From a virus (Duplodnaviria > Heunggongvirae > Uroviricota > Caudoviricetes), in IMG/VR virus record IMGVR_UViG_3300033993_002218, positions 1 through 64,000 of that record: a stretch of 64,000 nt of DNA; one strand, written 5' to 3'. This document shows, piece by piece, positions 25,358 to 33,617 of the stretch (position 1 is its first letter; every line of letters starts with the position of its first letter). The position numbers were made by a program, and so were the translations under genes. The notes beneath the pieces were generated by a model. That model worked only from the letters and a program-made list of their open reading frames with translations, was not told the DNA's origin and did no database searches.

Positions 25358-25894
25358 TCAGATTGCCTCAGTGACGATCTTGGCACCCTTGAACTTGGAT
25401 CGGGCGCTCTTGTTCTTGGTATCCACACCAGTCACCACGGCGATCTGGGGCGAGGAAGAACCAGTATAGAGTAGGATGTCGTTCTTGCTCACAGCACCAG
25501 GAGTACCAACATAATGATTCTCACTGGTTCCCATCTTGGCACTGAAGGTATAAGGCAGAACTTCTTCAAGATCTTTCTTATCAAAGACATGAATCGTTCC
25601 AGTACCTTTTTCTTCAATCAGGTATTGATTAGAACTGTTGGTGCCGATGTGAGTGCCATAGGCAACCTTATTATCAACGGTGAAAGAATATAGAGTTTTA
25701 GTATCAGCAGTCATTTCAGTTTCCTCAGTGTAAAGTTTTAGATCAGATGCATATTCGGTAAAAGATTGTTTGGAATGAAGATAACGACATTGCCAAGACT
25801 CTTGTGTATACCAACCTTTAGCGACAATTTCAGCAGGTTTTCTACCATATTTTTTGGTGACAATATCACCAACATTAAATTGTGTCATAATCAA
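25358..25894 (-). CDS. hypothetical protein (178 aa)
   Basis: ORF track. Confidence 0.55.
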   Translation of the reverse strand: MIMTQFNVGDIVTKKYGRKPAEIVAKGWYTQESWQCRYLHSKQSFTEYASDLKLYTEETEMTADTKTLYSFTVDNKVAYGTHIGTNSSNQYLIEEKGTGTIHVFDKKDLEEVLPYTFSAKMGTSENHYVGTPGAVSKNDILLYTGSSSPQIAVVTGVDTKNKSARSKFKGAKIVTEAI

Positions 25895-26187
25895 ATGGTA
25901 AGGTTTTCAACTTCATAAAGGAGGACTTCAACTTCCTCCTCAGATAGATGCCCAAGAACATCATCCGTGATGGGAGTATCATAGCAGATATCCCAGTTTT
26001 CTTCAAGTCCTTTGAGAATTGCAAGTTCATACAGTCCTTGTTCGGCACCATACGAACCACCAAATCCACCGGGAGAGGTAAAACGCACAACACTTACACC
26101 ATATCCATTCGGGAAAAAGTATCGTGCAGCAATACCACTGTCAGGATAGTTGGTATGAGGTTCAAAATTAAGATCAGAGAATTTCAT
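25891..26187 (-). CDS. hypothetical protein (98 aa, trimmed start MKFSD)
   Basis: The ORF-track start lies in the cassette -10. Confidence 0.5.
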   Translation of the reverse strand: MKFSDLNFEPHTNYPDSGIAARYFFPNGYGVSVVRFTSPGGFGGSYGAEQGLYELAILKGLEENWDICYDTPITDDVLGHLSEEEVEVLLYEVENLTI

Positions 26188-26268
26188 TGGTTTTTTCTGA
26201 TTACCCACATATTATAAGGGGTTCCCAGTGCTCTGAGAACCCTTAGTGTGCCAGTTTGCTAACTGTCC

Positions 26269-26481
26269 TCAATCATCATAAATTCGACACTCAAGTGCAT
26301 CAGGATGTGCATCGCAATACAGTTCTAATGCAGTTGGATCATGATCATCATTTGGATGATGTTCTTTATATGTTATGAGTGCTTCCAATTCTTCTTCAGT
26401 GTGTCTTCTTGCCTGAGGAGAAGTCATAGGATCATTCAGAATATCTTCATCCTTCTGAATGTGCTGATTAATGTTTTTCAT
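26269..26481 (-). CDS. hypothetical acidic His-rich protein (70 aa)
   Basis: ORF track. Confidence 0.45.
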   Translation of the reverse strand: MKNINQHIQKDEDILNDPMTSPQARRHTEEELEALITYKEHHPNDDHDPTALELYCDAHPDALECRIYDD

Positions 26482-26512
26482 CGTTTTGTAGCGTTATGAT
26501 ATATTTATTTTT

Positions 26513-26719
26513 TCATTCACTCAGAGAAGTTCCTCGCCAATTCTTTGGAGTTGGCGGATCACATTTTCCCTCAAGAGAACGAACAAGTAATTCTGTGAAT
26601 AGTTCCATCTTTTCTGGATGAACTGATGCGGGATTTTCATTAATTGCGTTTTTTAGAGCAACAAGTTCATTCCATTCGGCATCTGTCAGGTCTTTAATTT
26701 CGGTTCGGGAGAATGTCAT
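26513..26719 (-). CDS. hypothetical protein (68 aa, trimmed)
   Basis: ORF track, trimmed. Confidence 0.45.
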   Translation of the reverse strand: MTFSRTEIKDLTDAEWNELVALKNAINENPASVHPEKMELFTELLVRSLEGKCDPPTPKNWRGTSLSE

Positions 26720-26804
26720 AAGTTTTTTGCGATACGTTCCCAATGTTAGCATTTCAATACACTACTATCTAGTAACTTAATGTTTTCTTTGGGATCATGT
26801 AACA

Positions 26805-27152
26805 TTACTTAATGAAGTCATCAAGAGTATCTAGATCATCTTTAAGATCTTTCTCTACTCTTTTATCATGATAATGAGACCATAGAGCATTATGGACATC
26901 CATAAGACTATCAATCCAGAAACCAGTAGGATAAATGCCTAGTTTATCCATCAATCCTCGATGACTGGTTCCTTCTTTTTCAGCATTACACATAACGCTA
27001 CAGATTGCCTGAACCATATCAAGTTTATCTTGTTCGGAAAGCATAAAATACTTTCCTACTGCTCGTTGCTTTGCCTCTTCATTTTCTTTTTGAAGTTGCT
27101 TGCAGGCATCAGAATCCCACCAATCTCGTAGTGCTTTATTAAGTTCAGTCAT
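26805..27152 (-). CDS. hypothetical protein (115 aa, trimmed)
   Basis: ORF track, trimmed. Confidence 0.5.
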   Translation of the reverse strand: MTELNKALRDWWDSDACKQLQKENEEAKQRAVGKYFMLSEQDKLDMVQAICSVMCNAEKEGTSHRGLMDKLGIYPTGFWIDSLMDVHNALWSHYHDKRVEKDLKDDLDTLDDFIK

Positions 27153-27375
27153 CTTTTCCAAAGAATGTTCCAAAAAATCCAGAGTCTCCCTGCTTTCTAT
27201 TTTCTAACTTATCAAGTAAAGCATCCGTATGAATAAGTGCATCAATCCGCGATATCATCTCTGCAACGGTACTACAAACCATAGAGCGTTCTTGTCGTGC
27301 TGCAAAGGCAAGTGCTGCCCTCAAAGATTGTTCCGCATCTTTTAGGTTTCTTTCTACAGTTTCAGATAGTGCCAT
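27145..27375 (-). CDS. hypothetical protein (76 aa)
   Basis: ORF track. Followed upstream by a 150 bp AT-rich region without a cassette. Confidence 0.45.
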   Translation of the reverse strand: MALSETVERNLKDAEQSLRAALAFAARQERSMVCSTVAEMISRIDALIHTDALLDKLENRKQGDSGFFGTFFGKDD

Positions 27376-27528
27376 TTAATCTTTCCTCACATTTAGTATA
27401 AAAAGTTCCATTAACATAACAGGATTTACCTGCCTCATAATATTTTATCACACTTGGAGATTGTTGAATAGGTATGCAAAAATTTCCTTTATTTGTAAAA
27501 AAGTTATATAAACACAGCATATGGAACA

Positions 27529-27975
27529 TTACACTTTTTTAATAAGATAAGAACCGTCTCCCTGATCAATCCATTCAATTTGATCTCCTTCGTTAAGACC
27601 TATTGCTTCTAGAAGATCATCAGGGAATGTAATAAAATATTCACCACTTGGTCCATCAGACTCTACAGGAAGTTGCCACTTAGTTACTTTATCTTCTTTC
27701 ACATCATTCTCCCAAAAATCATCCCAAGCACCTTGACATTCTGGTGATGAATCATTCCTATCACAACTCAGATGCCCCTTGCCGTTGCCATTCAGAAGTG
27801 CCAGAAGATCATAACAGCGACCAGTATGATATTTGTGATGATAATACTGCTCTTCTACAACTCTTTTGATAACATCATAGATTTCTTGAGGGGATGCTTC
27901 TGCCGAAGAAATAGCATCATAGATCCACTCTTCCAATCGTTCAAGCGAATACTTCTTGTAGTCAAAGTCAGTCAT
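27529..27975 (-). CDS. hypothetical acidic protein (148 aa, trimmed)
   Basis: ORF track, trimmed. Confidence 0.5.
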   Translation of the reverse strand: MTDFDYKKYSLERLEEWIYDAISSAEASPQEIYDVIKRVVEEQYYHHKYHTGRCYDLLALLNGNGKGHLSCDRNDSSPECQGAWDDFWENDVKEDKVTKWQLPVESDGPSGEYFITFPDDLLEAIGLNEGDQIEWIDQGDGSYLIKKV

Positions 27976-27976
27976 T

Positions 27977-28513
27977 TCATTCCCCCTTATGATTTTTGTC
28001 AAATGGTGCCTTAAAGTAATGATTCGCAGCAGAATGGAAAATCATCACACCTTCTGGATTCATAAAACCAGGAGAAGCAAGAGAACCATTATTTGAAAGA
28101 AAGTTCATTGCATCGTTAATTTCATTAGTATCAAACTCTCCAGCATAAAGAGTAGGAACAACATAGCAACATGCAGGAATGTTTTCCGCATTCCAGATAT
28201 TCACATTAAACAGGGAGAATCTTTTCTCACCTTTTGGAAGATTATAACCTCGTTGAATACCACTTCCCCACCATTCTCCATGATGACGACCAGCACCAAG
28301 TTTCATCAGTTCATCTTGATTTTCAGATGCCCAACGATGAAATCCAAAGTTGTCGGATTCTGCACTCAACCACCGATTACGACTTCCGACAAACATATCC
28401 CCATCATCAGTAATGTAGATAAGTCCATTTGTGCCATCAATTTTTTCAGTTACCACACATTCCTTATGAAGACGGGGAATCTTAGGAAAAAGAATAAATT
28501 CAGGATAGTTCAT
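27977..28513 (-). CDS. putative RNA ligase-family nucleotidyltransferase (Rnl2-like motif I), 178 aa
   Basis: TEKIDGTNGLIYI matches the covalent-lysine motif I (EKIHGTN in T4 Rnl2). EGVMIF is a possible motif IV. It is shorter than a canonical Rnl2. Confidence 0.5.
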   Translation of the reverse strand: MNYPEFILFPKIPRLHKECVVTEKIDGTNGLIYITDDGDMFVGSRNRWLSAESDNFGFHRWASENQDELMKLGAGRHHGEWWGSGIQRGYNLPKGEKRFSLFNVNIWNAENIPACCYVVPTLYAGEFDTNEINDAMNFLSNNGSLASPGFMNPEGVMIFHSAANHYFKAPFDKNHKGE

Positions 28514-28582
28514 TTGTTTGGTTGCGTATAAGAGTATTATAAGGGGTCTACAGGGTTTGTGGAGTGTCCTTGTGCCAGTTGT

Positions 28583-28735
28583 TCAAGTGTCCTCTTTGAT
28601 TGCTTGTTCCATAATAATCTGGATCTCCTTGCTTGTCAACCCATTTAACCATTTCCAATCTGGGTCTTGTGGATCCCAATCCATCGTATAAGATCCATCC
28701 TCGTTTTGAGTTATCTTAAGTGTATCCTTAGACAT
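28583..28735 (-). CDS. hypothetical small protein (about 50 aa)
   Basis: Hand-translated MSKDTLKITQNEDGSYTMDWDPQDPDWKWLNGLTSKEIQIIMEQAIKEDT. Its stop lies in the cassette box. Confidence 0.3.
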   Translation of the reverse strand: MSKDTLKITQNEDGSYTMDWDPQDPDWKWLNGLTSKEIQIIMEQAIKEDT

Positions 28736-28955
28736 CACTCAAATCGCCAGTATCCCATTCATTTCTTTCTTTCTTTCTCAATTTTTTGAGTTCCTTCATC
28801 ATATCTTTAATTTCCTGATAAGCAACTTCAGGAGACATTTTATCAGACACTTCAAGTCCAACAATCAATTGAACCTTATCTCCAAATCTGGCAAGTGCTC
28901 TTTCAAATTCAGTAAGCGATTCATACATTTGTTTCAGTCCTATAATGTTCAGCAA
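28728..28955 (-). CDS. hypothetical protein (75 aa)
   Basis: ORF track. Confidence 0.45.
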   Translation of the reverse strand: MLNIIGLKQMYESLTEFERALARFGDKVQLIVGLEVSDKMSPEVAYQEIKDMMKELKKLRKKERNEWDTGDLSDV

Positions 28956-29136
28956 GAATATCTATACGGGCATCCAGAGAGTTCTCCAGACGATAAAGTT
29001 GATTTGTGATTTCAACATTTTCTTCTTCTAGTTTGATGACTCTATTTTCAAGTTCAACTAAACGATCATAGATATCATCTGTGGGAGTATTTGGATTAAG
29101 TCCCCACTTTTTATGAAACCAATAGGGATCACTCAC
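28921..29136 (-). CDS. hypothetical coiled-coil protein (71 aa)
   Basis: ORF track. Confidence 0.45.
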   Translation of the reverse strand: MSDPYWFHKKWGLNPNTPTDDIYDRLVELENRVIKLEEENVEITNQLYRLENSLDARIDILAEHYRTETNV

Positions 29137-29283
29137 AATACACCAACCTCTTTTAAATAATTTCTGTATCTCATAAACCTTGTGAGACTTGGTTGCCTAG
29201 GAACATCAAGTTGGTGGCAGATTTCCTCATATTGCAACCAAGCACACCAAGGAGTTGTCTCATCAAAAACATGATAAGGATAT

Positions 29284-29493
29284 TCACAATTTTCCACTTA
29301 TTTTCCCTTCATAAGATTTGGATTCAGGGAAACCTTCCTGTCTCATTTTTAGATACCAGCGAGTTGCCGAAATACACTGTCCTTCAGTTAAAGAGGTGAT
29401 GATTTCCTTATCATTCTTGTCATAAGAACTCCAAGTTCCCCACTTCTTCTGAATTACATAGAAGACATCATCAATTAGATTCTCTTCGTTCAT
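29284..29493 (-). CDS. hypothetical protein (69 aa)
   Basis: ORF track. Confidence 0.45.
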   Translation of the reverse strand: MNEENLIDDVFYVIQKKWGTWSSYDKNDKEIITSLTEGQCISATRWYLKMRQEGFPESKSYEGKISGKL

Positions 29494-29598
29494 TTACTTT
29501 CTTTACAGTTTCATGTAGTTCTTTGAGTGCTTCAATTGTCTCAGGAGTTTCTTCCCACTCCCAAGAGTTTCCATTCTTATCCACAAAAGTTCGGGTAG

Positions 29599-29790
29599 TC
29601 ATTCTTTTTCCTCCTTGATTGTAAGGGTATAATCCTTTTTCTTAAACTTACAACGATCTATGTATTTTTGAGCATGTTCTTGAGTTTGAAAGTAACAAGT
29701 TTTCTTGTCCTTCAAATCTTTACCATCCTTATGAACTATTTTTATTGGAAATCCAGAATGTGGAAATTCTTCTTTAACTGGTTTAATCAT
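29599..29790 (-). CDS. hypothetical basic protein (63 aa)
   Basis: ORF track. Confidence 0.45.
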   Translation of the reverse strand: MIKPVKEEFPHSGFPIKIVHKDGKDLKDKKTCYFQTQEHAQKYIDRCKFKKKDYTLTIKEEKE

Positions 29791-29960
29791 TCGGTTCCTC
29801 CATAAAGACGTTGCCCTTCCTCATATCCCATTTGATATGCAGTTCTCATCCATTCTAGCATAGAATCACGATTTTTGGATTCAAAATCATCCCAGAACCT
29901 TTCAGACCTAAAAACAAATCCTTCCAGTTCATAAAACCAATCATCAAATCCTTCGTTCAT
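29787..29960 (-). CDS. hypothetical small protein (about 57 aa)
   Basis: Hand-translated MNEGFDDWFYELEGFVFRSERFWDDFESKNRDSMLEWMRTAYQMGYEEGQRLYGGTE. Coupled by TAATG upstream and ATGA downstream. Confidence 0.35.
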   Translation of the reverse strand: MNEGFDDWFYELEGFVFRSERFWDDFESKNRDSMLEWMRTAYQMGYEEGQRLYGGTE

Positions 29961-30130
29961 TAGTCGTATAGGTTTTGTTGATGTTGTAGTCTATCTATCA
30001 TATCATAGATGTGAGTTTGTGAATAGTCAAATGCACCAAATCGTTGAGGATTCTTATCCTTCATTTTTGACAGCATATTAAGATGATCCCAGTATGTATT
30101 GATTACATACCCATAATGTGCTTCATTCAT
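29960..30130 (-). CDS. hypothetical protein (56 aa). The terminal, non-repetitive member of the Gly/Tyr-rich array operon.
   Basis: MNEAHYGYVINTYWDHLNMLSKMKDKNPQRFGAFDYSQTHIYDMIDRLQHQQNLYD. It has the same RBS (GAAGGAGGGATTGAT-ATG) as the Gly/Tyr-rich genes. The upstream stop is TGA-T-ATG. Confidence 0.5.
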   Translation of the reverse strand: MNEAHYGYVINTYWDHLNMLSKMKDKNPQRFGAFDYSQTHIYDMIDRLQHQQNLYD

Positions 30131-30131
30131 A

Positions 30132-30449
30132 TCAATCCCTCCTTCGGGTTCTTGTGGATATTGTACCGTTACCGTCACCGTAACCAAAACCGTTACCGTT
30201 ACCGTAACCGGCACCGGCACCGTAACCATCACCGGAACCGTAACCGGCACCGTGTCCGTAACCGGAACCGTAACCGGAACCGGAACCGTAACCGGAACCG
30301 GAACCGTAACCGGAACCGTCACCGCCATAGTGACCAAAACCGTTACCGTAACCGTCACCGTCACCGTAACCAAAACCGTAACCGTAACCGGCACCGGCAC
30401 CGTAACCATCACCGGAACCGTAACCTACGGGATAAAAGTATTCAGTCAT
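30132..30449 (-). CDS. Gly/Tyr-rich low-complexity protein, array member 6 (105 aa)
   Basis: MTEYFYPVGYGSGDGYGAGAGYGYGFGYGDGDGYG... Starts at the ATG after the AAGGAGGGATTGAT RBS. The ORF-track upstream extension (VTVTV...) is the cassette and RBS read in frame. Confidence 0.6.
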   Translation of the reverse strand: MTEYFYPVGYGSGDGYGAGAGYGYGFGYGDGDGYGNGFGHYGGDGSGYGSGSGYGSGSGYGSGYGHGAGYGSGDGYGAGAGYGNGNGFGYGDGNGTISTRTRRRD

Positions 30450-30450
30450 A

Positions 30451-30702
30451 TCAATCCCTCCTTCGCGTTCTTGTGGATATTGTACCGTCACCGTTACCGT
30501 AACCGTCACCGTAACCGTAACCGTCACCGTAACCGTCACCGTAACCGTCACCGTTACCGTAACCGTAACCGTAACCGTCACCGTCACCGGAACCGTAACC
30601 GTTACCGTCACCGTTACCGTAACCGTAACCGTAACCGTAACCGGAACCGGAACCGTAACCGGAACCGGAACCGGAACCTACGGGATAAAAGTATTCAGTC
30701 AT
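30451..30702 (-). CDS. Gly/Tyr-rich protein, array member 5 (83 aa)
   Basis: MTEYFYPVGSGSGSGYGSGSGYGYGYGYGNGDGNG... Same RBS. Stop-T-ATG coupling. Confidence 0.6.
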   Translation of the reverse strand: MTEYFYPVGSGSGSGYGSGSGYGYGYGYGNGDGNGYGSGDGDGYGYGYGNGDGYGDGYGDGYGYGDGYGNGDGTISTRTRRRD

Positions 30703-30703
30703 A

Positions 30704-30949
30704 TCAATCCCTCCTTCGCGTTCTTGTGGATATTGTACCGTCACCGTAACCGCAACCGTCACCGTAACCGTCACCGTAACCGTCACCGTAACCGTTACCG
30801 TATCCGTCACCGTAACCGGCACCGACACCGTCACCGTAACCGTCACCGTTACCGTAACCGTTACCGTAACCGTCACCGTAACCGTAACCGGAACCGGAAC
30901 CGTAACCGGAACCGGAACCGTAACCTACGGGATAAAAGTATTCAGTCAT
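30704..30949 (-). CDS. Gly/Tyr-rich protein, array member 4 (81 aa)
   Basis: MTEYFYPVGYGSGSGYGSGSGYGYGDGYGNGYGNGDGYGDG... Confidence 0.6.
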   Translation of the reverse strand: MTEYFYPVGYGSGSGYGSGSGYGYGDGYGNGYGNGDGYGDGVGAGYGDGYGNGYGDGYGDGYGDGCGYGDGTISTRTRRRD

Positions 30950-30950
30950 A

Positions 30951-31250
30951 TCAAGACCTCCTTCGGGTTCTTGTGGATATTGTACCGGAACCGTAACCGT
31001 AACCGAAACCGAAACCGTCACCGTTACTGTAACCGTAACCGGCACCGACACCGGCACCGTAACCGAAACCGTAAACGCCACCGTCACCGTAACCGTAACC
31101 GAAACCGGAACCGTCACCGCCATAGTGACCAAAACCGTTACCATTACCGGAACCGTCACCGTCACCGTAACCGGCACCGTAACTGTGTCCGTCACCGTAA
31201 CCGTTACCGGCACCGGAACCGTAACCTACGGGATAAAAGTATTCAGTCAT
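30951..31250 (-). CDS. Gly/Tyr-rich protein, array member 3 (99 aa)
   Basis: MTEYFYPVGYGSGAGNGYGDGHSYGAGYGDGDGSGNGNGFGHYGG... Confidence 0.6.
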   Translation of the reverse strand: MTEYFYPVGYGSGAGNGYGDGHSYGAGYGDGDGSGNGNGFGHYGGDGSGFGYGYGDGGVYGFGYGAGVGAGYGYSNGDGFGFGYGYGSGTISTRTRRRS

Positions 31251-31251
31251 A

Positions 31252-31503
31252 TCAAGACCTCCTTCGGGTTCTTGCAGATATTGTACCGTTACCGTAACCG
31301 GAACCGTAACCGTAACCGCCACCGGAACTGTAACCGTAACCGTTACCGTTACTGTAACCGTAACCGTAACCGTAACCGGAACCGTCACTGTAACCGTAAC
31401 CGGAACCGTCACTGTAACCGTAACCGTAACCTTCACCGTAACCGTAACCGGAACCGGAACCGGAACCGTAACCGTTACCTACGGGATAAAAGTATTCAGT
31501 CAT
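31252..31503 (-). CDS. Gly/Tyr-rich protein, array member 2 (83 aa)
   Basis: MTEYFYPVGNGYGSGSGSGYGYGEGYGYGYSDGSGYGYSDGSGYG... Confidence 0.6.
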   Translation of the reverse strand: MTEYFYPVGNGYGSGSGSGYGYGEGYGYGYSDGSGYGYSDGSGYGYGYGYSNGNGYGYSSGGGYGYGSGYGNGTISARTRRRS

Positions 31504-31504
31504 A

Positions 31505-31612
31505 TTAATCCCTCCTTCGGGTTCTTGTGGATATTGTACCGGAACCGTAACCGTAACCGTCACCGGAACCGTAACCGTTACCGGCACCTACGGGATAAGA
31601 GTATTCAGTCAT
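31505..31612 (-). CDS. Gly/Tyr-rich protein, array member 1 (35 aa, shortest)
   Basis: MTEYSYPVGAGNGYGSGDGYGYGSG... It is the first gene after the terminator at about 31626-31657. GGAG lies 8 nt upstream. Confidence 0.5.
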   Translation of the reverse strand: MTEYSYPVGAGNGYGSGDGYGYGSGTISTRTRRRD

Positions 31613-31625
31613 AAGAAACTCCACA

Positions 31626-31657
31626 AAATAAAAAAGGGAGGAAGTAAATTCCTCCCT
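31626..31657 (-). terminator. intrinsic terminator (minus strand) upstream of the Gly/Tyr-rich array
   Basis: GGGAGGAA-TTTAC-TTCCTCCC followed by TTTTTTATTTTG on the minus strand. Confidence 0.7.
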
Positions 31658-31667
31658 CAAAAACACA

Positions 31668-31997
31668 TCACTTACCCCAGTTTTCGTCAACAGGGACAGT
31701 GAAAATCACAGAACCGGCAGGAACCCGAACAGGATAAGGAGAAGTCTTGAGGGTCACTTTACTGTCCTTGGGATTTGCAAGAACACCAGTGAAACCGATA
31801 GATTCCCAGCGGAAAACGTGAATGGCATTATGAATTATCAGTTCGCCAGTGACATCATCGGTCTCAACGTTACCGGCAAAAATCCATCCACGGTCAATGA
31901 CCACCACAGAGCGATCACCAGTAGGAACAGAAGTAGAACCAACGGGAACATAAGTAACACCGTTGATTTCAATAGTAGAAAGAGAAGCAGTCGTCAT
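31668..31997 (-). CDS. hypothetical protein (109 aa), beta-rich
   Basis: ORF track. Confidence 0.55.
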   Translation of the reverse strand: MTTASLSTIEINGVTYVPVGSTSVPTGDRSVVVIDRGWIFAGNVETDDVTGELIIHNAIHVFRWESIGFTGVLANPKDSKVTLKTSPYPVRVPAGSVIFTVPVDENWGK

Positions 31998-32068
31998 AAC
32001 GTTTGTTTGATTACCTGTGTATTATAAGGGATTGAAGGGGGTTTGGGAAGGGGTCTTGTGCCAGTTGT

Positions 32069-32461
32069 TCAGGTGTCCTCATCATCTGGAAGGAAAATCA
32101 AAGTAGGTTTTTGATCTTCCTCATACCTTGAATAACCAATAAACTCTCCAGGATATCCATCAACATAAGGCATAATCCATTCAAAAAACTTTTGAATCTC
32201 CTGACCATAGTTTTTAATGTCCCCCTTACCAAGAAGAGACCACCGTTGAGTGATACCGTCGTAGGTTAGCGAACGACAATGGGTATCAGGAGTGTAACAA
32301 CTGCCAGAATAGAACATACTACCCCACCTATCAGGATAAGGTTCCAAAACTTTTTCGTCACTTTCTTCCATATCACACATTACCTTCAACACCTCAATAA
32401 TCTCATCAGGTGTATCTTTTTTGAGATCCACATTAACGTAGATTTCAGTGTACATTCCCAT
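32069..32461 (-). CDS. hypothetical acidic protein (131 aa, trimmed start MGMYT)
   Basis: The cassette-derived N-terminus MLYDTLIHTRN is trimmed. AAGGAAC lies upstream of the internal ATG. Confidence 0.55.
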   Translation of the reverse strand: MGMYTEIYVNVDLKKDTPDEIIEVLKVMCDMEESDEKVLEPYPDRWGSMFYSGSCYTPDTHCRSLTYDGITQRWSLLGKGDIKNYGQEIQKFFEWIMPYVDGYPGEFIGYSRYEEDQKPTLIFLPDDEDT

Positions 32462-32539
32462 AGCAATTAAGTTCCTTGTGTGGATGAGAGTATCATAAAG
32501 CATCCAGAGGAGTCTGGAGTGCCTCAGTGTGCCAGTTGT

Positions 32540-32917
32540 TCAGGTGTCCTTGTCAATCATATCACCAACAAGGTCATTAAGTTGATCAAACATTTTTTTA
32601 GTAAATGGAACTGTTTTTACCTTACCAGTTTCCACATCATCTGCCATTTGCATCAAACTTTCTAGAAACTCTTTTGGATACACATCGTCGTCATTCAAAC
32701 TAAACCAAAATTCAACATAACACTGCTCAAATGGAACATCATCTTTTAGAAGAGTATAATGTTTTTGATTATCCTCAAACCACACTAAGTCCATCCAAGT
32801 GATAAAGTTATGACGAATAGATTGCCATCCGGTCATCCAGCAATGTCCGATGTAGTAGTCCCACAAAGACATCTTAACTTTATTCTTATTAGTTCCTAGA
32901 AGTGCTTTTGAAAACAT
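32540..32917 (-). CDS. hypothetical protein (125 aa)
   Basis: ORF track. The start could be the internal MSLWD. Confidence 0.5.
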   Translation of the reverse strand: MFSKALLGTNKNKVKMSLWDYYIGHCWMTGWQSIRHNFITWMDLVWFEDNQKHYTLLKDDVPFEQCYVEFWFSLNDDDVYPKEFLESLMQMADDVETGKVKTVPFTKKMFDQLNDLVGDMIDKDT

Positions 32918-32930
32918 TTACTTTATTTGA

Positions 32931-33071
32931 TTATTTAATATTTTTAAGTGGTGGTTGTGAAGGCAATCTTAGCAGAAGAGGCAATAAACGCACAAATGCT
33001 ACTTTTAGGCACAGTTCAATTGCTGCACCAAGGGCAATTAGTAGAGCGAAGGTGAATAGAGAGTTAAGCAT
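32931..33071 (-). CDS. small hydrophobic membrane protein (about 46 aa)
   Basis: MLNSLFTFALLIALGAAIELCLKVAFVRLLPLLL... It is the in-frame tail of ORF 32931..33266. AT-rich, lying just outside the GC-rich island. Confidence 0.35.
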   Translation of the reverse strand: MLNSLFTFALLIALGAAIELCLKVAFVRLLPLLLRLPSQPPLKNIK

Positions 33072-33306
33072 CGGCACCCTCCAGCTCGGCGGCGATGGCG
33101 AGGAGTTGATCGCGCACTTTGCAACGATTGCGAATGGCGGCAAGTGAAAAGGATCCTTTGTCGATGTCACTAGGCTCCGGCACCACCTGGTCCGCAGCAG
33201 CCCGCAGGGCGGCGGCAATGCCTTGGCGAGTTGTTCCGGCTTGGTCAAATGCGGAGTCGGCGGCACTCAGCACCGCCCTGGCGGCGGGGGAGAGAGGTTT
33301 AGTCAT
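33064..33306 (-). CDS. GC-rich-island small protein, paralog 1 (80 aa)
   Basis: MTKPLSPAARAVLSAADSAF...AAALRAAADQVVPE...QLLAIAAELEGADA. About 60% GC against a genome background of about 38%. Confidence 0.5.
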   Translation of the reverse strand: MTKPLSPAARAVLSAADSAFDQAGTTRQGIAAALRAAADQVVPEPSDIDKGSFSLAAIRNRCKVRDQLLAIAAELEGADA

Positions 33307-33617
33307 TCAGGAAGCGCCTCCAGTGCGCGGCGGATGTTATCAGGTGGATTAAAAACTCCAGCTTGTCTCGCAATACGGAGCAATTCATCTAGATCCTTGA
33401 ATGCCTGCTCCTTCAAGCTCGGCGGCTTGGGGCGGCGGGCAGAACGAAGATCTTCCATCCACTGAGGCTGGTTTTCCAGCCACTCACAGCACGCCTCCAG
33501 CTCCTGGTCGGCACCCCATTGGGCGACAATCACAAGGATCTCTTTATTGCTTAATGACAGGTTGTTCCACTTATCTAACAGCTCGAGTGGTGGGGTGATG
33601 GGGTGTTGATTAGTCAT
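33303..33617 (-). CDS. GC-rich-island protein (104 aa), unrelated to the paralog trio
   Basis: ORF track. ATGA-coupled. Confidence 0.5.
   Translation of the reverse strand: MTNQHPITPPLELLDKWNNLSLSNKEILVIVAQWGADQELEACCEWLENQPQWMEDLRSARRPKPPSLKEQAFKDLDELLRIARQAGVFNPPDNIRRALEALPE

Larger units (their letters stand above)
30130..31615. repeat. tandem array: six units of 250-320 bp. Each is a roughly 60 bp conserved junction (stop-RBS-start) plus a hexanucleotide-periodic (GGTNAC/GGTNCC)n coding tract.
   Basis: The junction acctacgggataaaagtattcagtcatatcaa(t/g)(c/a)cctccttcg(c/g)gttcttgtggatattgtaccg is seen six times. The coding tracts are near-pure gtaacc/gtcacc/ggaacc hexamers. Confidence 0.85.

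Noticed and set aside
30083-31508. Long plus-strand and off-frame ORFs across the Gly/Tyr-rich array (RNRNRN..., TVTVTV..., and the VTVTV N-terminal extensions of the minus ORFs)
   Set aside because: These are artefacts of hexamer periodicity, in which every frame is open. Only the GYG frame has a Shine-Dalgarno, a conserved MTEYFYPVG start and a stop-to-start junction.
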